Positions 1 to 7,110 of a stretch of DNA of 37,279 bases are shown here, one piece after another. The notes under the pieces were generated by a model, which worked only from the letters and a program-made list of their open reading frames with translations, did not search any database and was not told the origin of the DNA. The stretch is from a virus. The DNA is taken from the UHGV virus genome UHGV-1374627. One strand, 5' to 3'. The position numbers were made by a program, and so were the translations under genes. Position 1 is the stretch's first letter; every line of letters begins with the position of its first letter.

Positions 1-2
1 AT

Positions 3-320
3 TGCTATTCTCTAGCATCAATCACAATTCCAAATGGGGTAACAAGGATTGGCGACTCTGCGTTCAATCATTGCTATTCTCTAGCATCAATCACAATTCC
101 AAATGGTGTAACAAGGATTGGCATATCTGCGTTTTATGGTTGCTATGGCGTTGCTTTCTATGATTTCACAGCTTGTACAACGGTTCCGACACTAGCAGAC
201 ACCGACGCTTTTGGCAACATCTCTGCTGACTGTCAAATTCGTGTTCCAGCATCGCTTGTCGACGAATGGAAGGCTGCTACAAACTGGAGTACCTATGCAG
301 ATTATATTGTGGGGGTGTAA
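3..320 (+). CDS. C-terminal end of BspA-type leucine-rich-repeat (LRR_5-like) tail fibre / receptor-binding protein, 5'-truncated by window edge
   Basis: Frame open from window edge to TAA 318-320. Translation ...IPNGVTRIGDSAFNHCYSLASITIPNGVTRIGISAFYGCYGVAFYDF... has two IPxGVTxIGxxAFxxC repeats. A ~69-nt tandem nucleotide repeat is visible at 1-70 and 61-130. The same repeat type occurs in the partial gene at the other window edge. Confidence 0.7.
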   Translation, partial: CYSLASITIPNGVTRIGDSAFNHCYSLASITIPNGVTRIGISAFYGCYGVAFYDFTACTTVPTLADTDAFGNISADCQIRVPASLVDEWKAATNWSTYADYIVGV

Positions 321-322
321 AG

Positions 323-571
323 ATGATTCAAAGAGAACTTTATGCACAGCGTAAAGATGGTGTAAAGCTATACCGTACATATTCTGATGCAGGAATGATG
401 ATTCGGCAGAATGAGACTGATGCGGAATATGCAGAAGCTATCGATGTTGAGGGTGCGGCATATACCTATACAGAGACGGAAACGCCGATTGAAAAGCCGG
501 GGCTGACTACGGAAGAACGTTTGCAAGATGCTGAGACGGCACTAGGAATCATGTTTGGGGAGGCGGAATGA
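323..571 (+). CDS. hypothetical small protein (82 aa) downstream of fibre gene
   Basis: ATG 323 lies 2 nt after the fibre stop and is preceded by a GGGGG purine run. The ORF is in the track (as 266..571) and overlaps the next gene in an ATGA junction. Confidence 0.5.
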   Translation: MIQRELYAQRKDGVKLYRTYSDAGMMIRQNETDAEYAEAIDVEGAAYTYTETETPIEKPGLTTEERLQDAETALGIMFGEAE

Positions 572-1005
572 TGACCTACACAGAAAGGGCCAGAGCATTG
601 CGCCCCTATATCGTCAAGGCTTCAGCCAGTCTTGAGGACGCAGACGCGGTCAAGGCAAAGGAACTTTACGCCCGCTGGGCGGTTGGGGTGGCAGTTGCGG
701 TTGGAGACCGGCTGCTCTACGGAGAGAGGCTTTACCGCGTGACGCAGGCCCACACGACGCAGGAAGGTTGGGAGCCGGACAAGACACCGGCAATGTTTAC
801 GGTCATCGACGAGGAGCACACAGGCACACAGGGCGACCCCATCCCCGCCGCGAAGGGCATGGAGTACACCTACGGCCTGTATTACACCGATCCGGAGGAC
901 GGCAAGCTCTACCGCTGCGAACGGACGGGCGAGCAGCCGGGCGGCAAGGTGACGCTTCAGTTCCTGCCTCATGAGCTGGTGGGGCTGTATTTTACCGAAG
1001 TATAA
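568..1005 (+). CDS. small protein with chitin-binding type 3 (CBM5/12)-like motif
   Basis: ARWAVGVAVAVGDRLLYGERLYRVTQAHTTQEGWEPDKTPAMF fits the W..G..Y..GD.V.Y.G..Y.C...H.....W.P...PALW pattern of CBM5/12. A degenerate second copy follows (YRCERTGEQPG). Confidence 0.55.
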   Translation: MMTYTERARALRPYIVKASASLEDADAVKAKELYARWAVGVAVAVGDRLLYGERLYRVTQAHTTQEGWEPDKTPAMFTVIDEEHTGTQGDPIPAAKGMEYTYGLYYTDPEDGKLYRCERTGEQPGGKVTLQFLPHELVGLYFTEV

Positions 1006-1018
1006 AGGAGAAAGAGAA

Positions 1019-1357
1019 ATGGATGCAACCACGATCATTGTAGCGATCCTCGGCTCGTCTGCGCTGACGACCGTCGTTCAGGCAATCGTCAGCGCGATCC
1101 AGAAGAAGAAAGGCAAGGGCGACGCGCAGAGCGCCCACCTGAAGGCAATCGACGAGAAGATCGACAAGATCACGAGATTGCAGGATGAGCAGTATTTAAG
1201 CATTCTGCGCCTCACGATCATGTCGGAAGAGATGCCCATGTCGGAGCGGCTGATCGCCGGGAAGAAGTACGTCAATCGCGGCGGCAACGGGGATGTCAAA
1301 AAGGCGCTCCATAAGCTCGAAGAGCAGTGCGAGGCCGGACGGCATGAGGCAAATTAG
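1019..1357 (+). CDS. membrane protein (N-terminal TM helix, coiled C-terminus), possible holin-accessory protein
   Basis: AAGGAGAAAGAGAAATGG RBS precedes ATG 1019. MDATTIIVAILGSSALTTVVQAIVSAI is a hydrophobic helix followed by a Lys-rich stretch. It lies directly upstream of the lysis genes. Confidence 0.5.
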   Translation: MDATTIIVAILGSSALTTVVQAIVSAIQKKKGKGDAQSAHLKAIDEKIDKITRLQDEQYLSILRLTIMSEEMPMSERLIAGKKYVNRGGNGDVKKALHKLEEQCEAGRHEAN

Positions 1358-1382
1358 AAAGAGCCGCCTGACGAAGGGGAAG

Positions 1383-1595
1383 ATGGCACGGCAGCTGGTG
1401 TATTTCTGCATCTGGGTGCTGTTTGGCGTCCTGCTCTGGGCGGCGATGGTCAAAACCGCAGCACTGGTGATGGACAGGGACATAGACCTTTCCGACATCC
1501 TGACCTACGCCGGAGCTGCGTTCGGCGGGGAGCTGCTGATGCTCCTTGCGAAGAGAGTATTTGCAAAAAAATCGGACGACGAAGGGAGTACATAA
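1383..1595 (+). CDS. holin-like small two-TM membrane protein
   Basis: GAAGGGGAAG RBS precedes ATG 1383; an alternative ATG 1344 is possible. Two hydrophobic segments (LVYFCIWVLFGVLLWAAMV, LTYAGAAFGGELLMLLA) are followed by a charged tail, a holin-like topology. Confidence 0.5.
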   Translation: MARQLVYFCIWVLFGVLLWAAMVKTAALVMDRDIDLSDILTYAGAAFGGELLMLLAKRVFAKKSDDEGST

Positions 1596-1596
1596 T

Positions 1597-1821
1597 ATGG
1601 ACAAAATTATGAAACGGATTTCGAATCTGCTGAGCGTGAAGTCGTTGGTGACGCTGCTGCTGACGGTGGTGTTTACGGTGCTGGCGCTGCGGGGTGATAT
1701 CACAGGGAAAGACTTCTTGACGATCTTCCTGATGGTCATCACGTTCTATTTCGGCACGCAGTCGCAGAAGGCGCAGGACGCGATGGACTCGAAGGGTGAC
1801 GACAATGGCACTGAAAATTAA
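1597..1821 (+). CDS. holin (two-TM, 74 aa)
   Basis: GAAGGGAG RBS precedes ATG 1597. Segments LVTLLLTVVFTVLAL and FLTIFLMVITFYFG are followed by a charged C-terminus. The gene overlaps the endolysin start. Confidence 0.6.
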   Translation: MDKIMKRISNLLSVKSLVTLLLTVVFTVLALRGDITGKDFLTIFLMVITFYFGTQSQKAQDAMDSKGDDNGTEN

Positions 1822-2485
1822 CGATACCATCCGGGCAACGAGAGTGGGCGGCAAGCGTCCGCTCTCGGCTATCCGGGCAATCGTGTTTCACTACACGGCC
1901 AATACCGGTCTGCACGCGACGGCGCTTGGCAATGCCCGATACTTTGCCAACGGCAGCGAGGGACGCGCTGCTTCGGCACATTTCGTGGTCGACGAGGGCG
2001 ATACCGTTTACCAGTGTGTGCCGCTGAATGTGGTTGCGTGGGCCGTGGGCGACGGCAGGAGCGGCAAATACGGCAAGGTGTACGGCAACTACAACACCGT
2101 CAGTATCGAGATGGTGAGCCACACGGACGCTTCTGGCAAGTACTACATCCCGGAGGCGACGATGCGCAATGCCGCGCGGCTCTATCAAATGCTGCTGAAG
2201 CAGCTGCCGGGCGTGCAGGCCGCAATCCGGCACTATGACATTTCGATGAAACTGTGTCCGCTGCCGCTGATTGACGAAAAGAAATGGGCGGACTTTAAGA
2301 AACTCTTGGAGGAGGTGGACGAAGTGGTAACAAAGGCAAAGATGATCATTGACGGAAAAGAGATCGAGGTCGAACGGATCTTAAAGGACGGTACGAATTA
2401 TATTAAAATTCGCGATATTGCAAAGGCGCTGGATCTCGAAGTTAGTAATAAAGGGAACATTCCCATTCTGAATCATAAGCAGTAG
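1805..2485 (+). CDS. endolysin, N-acetylmuramoyl-L-alanine amidase (Amidase_2/PGRP fold) with C-terminal cell-wall-binding-like domain
   Basis: AIVFHYTANTG...SAHFVVDEGDTVYQCVP...AWAVGDG is the Amidase_2 signature. The C-terminal ~70 aa (IDGKEIEVERILKDGTNYIKIRDIAKALDLEV) resembles copper-amine-oxidase-like wall-binding repeats. The gene follows the holins. Confidence 0.85.
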   Translation: MALKINDTIRATRVGGKRPLSAIRAIVFHYTANTGLHATALGNARYFANGSEGRAASAHFVVDEGDTVYQCVPLNVVAWAVGDGRSGKYGKVYGNYNTVSIEMVSHTDASGKYYIPEATMRNAARLYQMLLKQLPGVQAAIRHYDISMKLCPLPLIDEKKWADFKKLLEEVDEVVTKAKMIIDGKEIEVERILKDGTNYIKIRDIAKALDLEVSNKGNIPILNHKQ

Positions 2486-2511
2486 CGCCCCTGTGTGCCG
2501 CGCCACCCGGA

Positions 2512-2778
2512 TTGGAGGTGGTGACGATCAGCGCGAGGGTGCGGATTCCGGATGACTTGGACGGCCTGCTGCAAGGCGAGTGGGAGCAGATCATATCTCA
2601 GGCAGGCTACAGTGAGCAGGATGCGGAGATCGTCCGGCGCTATGTCGTGGGCAAGACGCCGCAAATTGATATCGCGGTGGAGCTGGATATGGCGCGGAGC
2701 ACGATCACCCGCAGACTGCCGCAGATCTACGCACGAGCGCGGCACACGGCAGCAAAGCTGCGAATGATAAACGAGTAA
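2512..2778 (+). CDS. small sigma-70 region-4-like HTH DNA-binding protein
   Basis: DAEIVRRYVVGKTPQIDIAVELDMARSTITRRLPQI looks like sigma region 4 / LuxR-type HTH. GGAGGTG is upstream. The start is uncertain (TTG 2512, GTG 2518 or 2521). Confidence 0.5.
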   Translation: MEVVTISARVRIPDDLDGLLQGEWEQIISQAGYSEQDAEIVRRYVVGKTPQIDIAVELDMARSTITRRLPQIYARARHTAAKLRMINE

Positions 2779-2960
2779 CAGATACAAGATATTGTGACGG
2801 TACAAAAGCCCCCGGCAGGAGTGATCCTGTCGGGGGTGGTTTTATTTGCGTCAGAAATGCATCACTCATGCTACCTTCGTGCGTCCCTTAGAAATTTGAA
2901 ATCCCTCATACTGAACGTAGGAACTGGCCAGTTCACTACATTTTTTTGGAGGGAAACTCT

Positions 2961-3512
2961 ATGGAATACGCAAGCAACGGCAAGGCAAATGCGGCGCTGA
3001 CCACTGGCATCATCGGCACGGCGGGCGTCGGTCTTGGACTGCTGGGCAATCTGCTCGGCGGCTGGGGCCGCAACGTTGCGGCATGCAGCGAAAACACGCC
3101 GGTGAGCCGGTACGACCTCAACCGCGAGCAGGAGATCGCCACGAAGGACAGCGAGATCGCGCTCCTGAAGGCCAACACCTACAACGATCAAAAGATGCTG
3201 GAGATGTATGCGTACATCGACGGCCAGCTGAAGGACGTGCGCAAGACGCTCTGCGATCAGGCCGTCCACAACCAGCGCACCGAGGACAGTTTCGTGCTGG
3301 CTCGTCAGGACATTGCGGCGGTTAAGGCCGAACTGTCCAACGAGATCAAGATGGAGGCCGAGCGGCGCTGCTGCGGCGACAACAGCATCGTCACCTATGC
3401 CAACGCGACCTTTTATCCCAAAATGGTTGCCGACATCACCACCGGCACCGGCACCACGGCGCAGACGCTCTACAATCCGCTCCCACAGTGCGGGGGCTGC
3501 TGCAAAAAGTAA
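2961..3512 (+). CDS. hypothetical membrane/coiled-coil protein with Cys-rich C-terminus
   Basis: GGAGGG RBS precedes ATG 2961. A Gly-zipper hydrophobic segment (TTGIIGTAGVGLGLLGNLLGGWG) is followed by a coiled-coil region, and the C-terminus reads ...RRCCGDNS...PQCGGCCKK. Confidence 0.55.
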   Translation: MEYASNGKANAALTTGIIGTAGVGLGLLGNLLGGWGRNVAACSENTPVSRYDLNREQEIATKDSEIALLKANTYNDQKMLEMYAYIDGQLKDVRKTLCDQAVHNQRTEDSFVLARQDIAAVKAELSNEIKMEAERRCCGDNSIVTYANATFYPKMVADITTGTGTTAQTLYNPLPQCGGCCKK

Positions 3513-3516
3513 GCCA

Positions 3517-3540
3517 AAGGGGCGGCAATAGCCGCCCCAC
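3517..3540 (+). terminator. rho-independent terminator-like hairpin
   Basis: GGGGCGGCaataGCCGCCCC stem-loop lies immediately after the stop at 3512 and is followed by ACCTT. Confidence 0.55.
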
Positions 3541-3561
3541 CTTAAAAATGGAGGTAACCTT

Positions 3562-3900
3562 ATGGTGACGATAGATCAGGCCATGCGCGGCGTGGCGCAG
3601 TATGCCGACAATGAGATCATCCCGCACCTGCCAACCGGAAAGGGCATTGGAGCCGGGATCGCGCTGGCGCTCATCCTGGACGGCGGCAAAAACCGCATTC
3701 TCGCGCTAAAGGATCATCCGGCGGTGAAGATGATGGGCATTATGGATGAGGAGGGAAACATCGACCTTGACCGGCTCTACAACGCCGCGAGGACGCGCGT
3801 GGACGGCAAGAAGATCCCGTGGGACATTCCGATCATTGGAGAACTCAAATTTGACGTGAACGACGTCGACCGGCTTTACAAATACATTCAGGAGGCATGA
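3562..3900 (+). CDS. hypothetical protein
   Basis: GGAGG RBS precedes ATG 3562. The 112-aa ORF has a phage-like codon pattern and no recognised domain. Confidence 0.5.
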   Translation: MVTIDQAMRGVAQYADNEIIPHLPTGKGIGAGIALALILDGGKNRILALKDHPAVKMMGIMDEEGNIDLDRLYNAARTRVDGKKIPWDIPIIGELKFDVNDVDRLYKYIQEA

Positions 3901-3901
3901 G

Positions 3902-4366
3902 ATGAAACATTATATTGAAGAACTGAAACGGCAACTGCATGAGATCATGGAGCTCCCGGCGACGCTTGGCCGTGCGGAAGAAATCACGGTGTACGCGGAT
4001 GCCATTTGTGCGCTGCACAAGATGGGGAGTCACGAGGATGGAGAGGACACAGAATTCACCCGCGAGGACGCTGAAAAGTGGGTATCGCACATGGAGAACG
4101 AGGACGGCACGACCGGCGCACGCTGGACAATGGAGCAGACGGACGCTGTGGCCAACATCACAGGTGTTCATGCGAAGTCCTGCATCTGGTGGGCGGCAAT
4201 GAACATGATGTACTCGGATTATTATTCCGTGGCGGCGAAATACGGCCTCGACCGGCCAGAATTCTATGCCGACCTTGCCAAAGCGTTCCTCATGGATAAG
4301 GACGCCGGAGGGGCGGAGGCGAAGATGGCCGGGTATTATCATGGGATTGTGCTCCGTCACAGCTAA
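3902..4366 (+). CDS. hypothetical protein
   Basis: ATG 3902 overlaps the previous stop (TGAGATG). The 154-aa ORF is acidic and has no recognised domain. Confidence 0.5.
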   Translation: MKHYIEELKRQLHEIMELPATLGRAEEITVYADAICALHKMGSHEDGEDTEFTREDAEKWVSHMENEDGTTGARWTMEQTDAVANITGVHAKSCIWWAAMNMMYSDYYSVAAKYGLDRPEFYADLAKAFLMDKDAGGAEAKMAGYYHGIVLRHS

Positions 4367-4433
4367 CGCCTATTGCATATCTATTGCAGATACAACAAAA
4401 TTTCTATTGTAAAATCAACACATCCTGAATGAA

Positions 4434-4477
4434 TGGGGTTCAAGAGGCCGCTAGTTCGAATCTAGTCACTCGGACCA
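4434..4477 (+). other. tRNA 3'-end fragment (T-arm, acceptor 3' strand and CCA): att core of the integration site
   Basis: GCTAG-TTCGAAT-CTAGT is a T-stem/loop with the canonical TTCGAAT loop, followed by CACTCGG-A-CCA. No complementary CCGAGTG 5' acceptor strand or anticodon arm occurs upstream, so this is a fragment rather than a complete gene. Confidence 0.55.
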
Positions 4478-4478
4478 G

Positions 4479-4513
4479 AAAGTACCGCAAAACGTATGTT
4501 TTGCGGTACTTTT
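4479..4513. terminator. bidirectional rho-independent terminator
   Basis: Perfect 15-bp inverted repeat AAAGTACCGCAAAAC gtat GTTTTGCGGTACTTT, followed by TCTTCTGC on the plus strand. It sits between convergent genes 3902..4366 (+) and int (-). Confidence 0.65.
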
Positions 4514-4612
4514 CTTCTGCTTCTTTACGAAATTGTACGGGTATGAATCGGACTAAACCGGTCTGTTTTGGTCTATTGCATACTCTGTTGCATACCATAT
4601 CAAGAGGGCAAA

Positions 4613-5725
4613 TTAGAGCTGTGTGGCGATATTTACGGCAGATTTCAGGTCGGTATGGGTGTAATGTGTGGTCATTTCCATCGAAGTGTGCCCGATCATG
4701 GCCATTTTGTCAGCGTCCGGCGCGTCAATTTTTTTCATGAGGGTTGCAAAAGTATGGCGGCAGGAGTGCGGCACCAGGCGGCGCACTCCTGCCTGCTCCA
4801 GCGCCGGATAATACCATTTCTCTCGGAATTTTTTCTGCTGCACCTTCTTCCCGTCCTCGGAAAAGATGAATCCTGGCTTTTCCCATTGCAGCACGTAGTC
4901 AATGATTTTAGGGCTGATGGCCACAATGCGGTGCATGCCGGCCTCCGTCTTTTCGCCGCCGACAAAATAATAGCTCTGGTTGATCTCATCATAATGGAGA
5001 TTTGTGTCCTGGAGCTGGAGCAGCTCCTCAAGCCGGAAACCGGTGTAACACAGGATGAGCACAAGCTCGATCCTTGGCACCGTGCCGACGGCTTTTTTCA
5101 TTTTTTCGAGTTCCTCATCGGTAAACGGTTCACGGCCAGCTTGCGTCTCGCCGCCCACACGGAGCAGCTCCGCATAATTCTTACTTACGACGTCGTCGCG
5201 CATTGCAAAGCGAAACAGCATCGTCCCCAGTGCCTTCATGTTCTCCTGCGTCCGGCGCCCCTTCGGACAGGCATCCAGGCAGGCCTGCAATGCTGCCGTC
5301 TTTAAATCGGCCATCTTCGCGAACCAGATCGGTTCATAGTATTTGTAGGCGGCTTTGTAGCAATTCATCGTGCTGGCCTTTACGTCCTTTTCGTGCTCGG
5401 CCTCCCATTTTTCATAGATCTGCCGGAATGTGATGTTTGCTGACAAGGCGGAAAGCTGGACGCGGAGCTGCGGGATATACTCCTGCGCTTCGCGCTTTGT
5501 TTTAAAGCCACTCTTCGTTCGCGTCCGGCGCAGAGGCTTCCCATCTGGCCCTGGAATATAGCCAATCGTAGCAACAGCGCGCCATGTGCCATTCGGCAGC
5601 TTGTAGACACTGCCGGTGCCATTCCCCCGTGCTTTTGGTCTTCGTTCTGGTCTCTCCTGCTTCGCGCCGCACTGGGCGCAGAATGGGCCGTCCGGAACGT
5701 CTTGTTTACATTTGCGGCAGATCAT
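4613..5725 (-). CDS. int: tyrosine recombinase (phage integrase) with N-terminal zinc ribbon and arm-binding domain
   Basis: The N-terminus is CRKC...CAQCG followed by RPKARGNGTGSVYKL (arm-type DNA-binding). The catalytic region contains HSCRHTFATLM and IGHTSMEMTTHYTHTD (R, HxxR and Y motifs). The gene is adjacent to the tRNA fragment, with a GGGGGTG RBS. Confidence 0.93.
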   Translation of the reverse strand: MICRKCKQDVPDGPFCAQCGAKQERPERRPKARGNGTGSVYKLPNGTWRAVATIGYIPGPDGKPLRRTRTKSGFKTKREAQEYIPQLRVQLSALSANITFRQIYEKWEAEHEKDVKASTMNCYKAAYKYYEPIWFAKMADLKTAALQACLDACPKGRRTQENMKALGTMLFRFAMRDDVVSKNYAELLRVGGETQAGREPFTDEELEKMKKAVGTVPRIELVLILCYTGFRLEELLQLQDTNLHYDEINQSYYFVGGEKTEAGMHRIVAISPKIIDYVLQWEKPGFIFSEDGKKVQQKKFREKWYYPALEQAGVRRLVPHSCRHTFATLMKKIDAPDADKMAMIGHTSMEMTTHYTHTDLKSAVNIATQL

Positions 5726-5729
5726 AGCG

Positions 5730-6131
5730 TCACCCCCAATAGCGGAGACAGATCGCAGCCGTCAGATGGTCGCGCACCCAGCCGATCTTTGGACTAAGCA
5801 GATCGACGAGCAGGAGTATCCCGGCCAGAAAGACAATGCCGAGCAGCGCGGCGATGATCTTTCGCTTTAACTTCATGGATTGCTGGCAGAACGCGACTGT
5901 TTGACGTAGGTGCTCAATTTCCTTCCGTGCGTCGTGAAGCTCCTGCTGGATATCAGATTCCGGTGGAACATCATCCGGATGGATGTCGCAAAAGCGGTCG
6001 AGCGAGATATGCAGGAGGCGACAGACAGGGCCTACAGTGTCGATTCCGGGATTTAATATTTCCCCACGCATGAATTGACCAATGTTCTTCAGAGACTTTC
6101 CGGAGGCGTTAGCCAAATCTTGATAGGTCAT
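5730..6131 (-). CDS. membrane-anchored XRE-family HTH protein (HTH, coiled coil, C-terminal TM)
   Basis: MTYQDLANASGKSLKNIGQFMRGE is an XRE HTH. QQELHDARKEIEHLRQ is coiled coil. IIAALLGIVFLAGILLLVDLL is a TM helix. The stop is 4 nt from the int start. Start ATG 6131 is preferred over the TTG 6206 used by the ORF track. Confidence 0.65.
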   Translation of the reverse strand: MTYQDLANASGKSLKNIGQFMRGEILNPGIDTVGPVCRLLHISLDRFCDIHPDDVPPESDIQQELHDARKEIEHLRQTVAFCQQSMKLKRKIIAALLGIVFLAGILLLVDLLSPKIGWVRDHLTAAICLRYWG

Positions 6132-6312
6132 GTTCGGATAGCGGCTTTCCTTCTTGTTTCGACAAATTTCAGACAAATCTTGTTTCAAAAAACGACTTCC
6201 TTTCAAAAAAGCACTTTTATGGGAACAAAAAAGGAACTTCTAGTTCTCGACAAATCACCTTCCCGGGGTGTAATCTGTACTTGCAAGCAGCTCCCACACG
6301 CTTGCAGCGGCC

Positions 6313-6350
6313 AAAAAGCCCCGCCGTCGATGGGATGATCGACGACGGGG
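6313..6350 (-). terminator. rho-independent terminator (minus strand) after HIRAN-like gene
   Basis: The minus strand reads CCCCGTCGTCGATCAtcccATCGACGGCGGGG followed by CTTTTTGG, 9 nt downstream of stop 6359. Confidence 0.5.
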
Positions 6351-6358
6351 TGATCCCA

Positions 6359-6970
6359 TCAAAACTTATTGATGATTCTAGCCAAAATCCAAATCGTTAA
6401 AATTGCAACAGCTGCGATCTTAATTGCCAAGCGTCTTATTCTAATGGCTTTTCCTGCGGATGTTTCCTTTTTTCGGCCAGCGTTCTCGGTCGACCGCTCG
6501 AATGATTTTGGTCTTGGTGGTTGCCGACGAGTATCTTGCGGTGTCGGCACATCCTCCCCGTTTTGTTCCGCTGGACTTATCAGTTTTACTGTGAGGTGGA
6601 CTCCGTAGTAGTGTTGCTCGTCATCCTCGTCACACTCGTCATCAATGTCATCCCCAATAACTTTATCCGGCCCGCCATGGACACCAGTTGTTGTAATCAC
6701 CATCAGATACCCACAAGCACTTTTCCTCTCAAAAACAGCCGCAATATTTGCAGGGACGTTCCCTATTGTTTTGTTATCAAGTTTGATATGATATGCTGGG
6801 CTTCCATTATAGTCATACGGAACAAGTACCGCATCGACACAGCCACTCGTTGGCAATTCGGATATGATTTTTTGTCGGCTAGAGCCATCATCATTCTGAT
6901 ATGTAACCCCTGCTGCGTTAAAACTCCAAAATTCAGACCCATTTTTTTCGGTGTGGCATTTGTAATTCAT
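6359..6970 (-). CDS. HIRAN-like domain protein with acidic linker and C-terminal TM anchor
   Basis: FNAAGVTYQNDDGSSRQKIISELP...VLVPYDYNGSPAYHIKLDNKTIGNVPANIAAV resembles the HIRAN pattern (VAGV.Y...R...L..G..L.L.REP.NPYD.NAI.V....IGYVP...A). An acidic run DDIDDECDEDDEQ follows. The C-terminus RRLAIKIAAVAILTIWILARII is a TM helix. The start is set at the ATG with AGGAGA 8 nt upstream. The track's longer 6359..7099 ORF runs into the repressor's 3' flank. Confidence 0.55.
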   Translation of the reverse strand: MNYKCHTEKNGSEFWSFNAAGVTYQNDDGSSRQKIISELPTSGCVDAVLVPYDYNGSPAYHIKLDNKTIGNVPANIAAVFERKSACGYLMVITTTGVHGGPDKVIGDDIDDECDEDDEQHYYGVHLTVKLISPAEQNGEDVPTPQDTRRQPPRPKSFERSTENAGRKKETSAGKAIRIRRLAIKIAAVAILTIWILARIINKF

Positions 6971-7110
6971 ACGCATATCTCCTGTGTGCAAATTGTTGCT
7001 TTGTGCGATATAATATACATGACCGCTGGGCAAAGGGAAATGAAAAAGAAAGGAACGCTTTGGTATGACTGAACTGCTGAAAGAATTGATGTCGCTCACA
7101 CCGGAAGGAC

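Noticed and set aside
4380-4480. Possible complete tRNA gene next to the integrase
   Set aside because: Only the T-arm, 3' acceptor strand and CCA are present. No complementary 5' acceptor strand (CCGAGTG), D-arm or anticodon arm occurs upstream, so it is an att-core fragment and not a functional tRNA.
4568-5305. 245-aa plus-strand ORF inside the integrase gene
   Set aside because: It lies opposite a high-confidence integrase and is a shadow ORF.
6521-7072. 183-aa plus-strand ORF overlapping the HIRAN-like gene
   Set aside because: It is antisense to a gene with a domain signature. Its product is hydrophobic low-complexity sequence with no RBS and runs against the direction of the whole lysogeny module.
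6970-7099. N-terminal 43 codons of the track's 6359..7099 ORF (MSDINSFSSSVIPKRSFLF...)
   Set aside because: It starts 12 nt after the repressor stop and lacks an RBS. The stretch contains promoter-like TATATTATAT sequence, while an internal ATG (6970) has an AGGAGA RBS. It is treated as 5' UTR.
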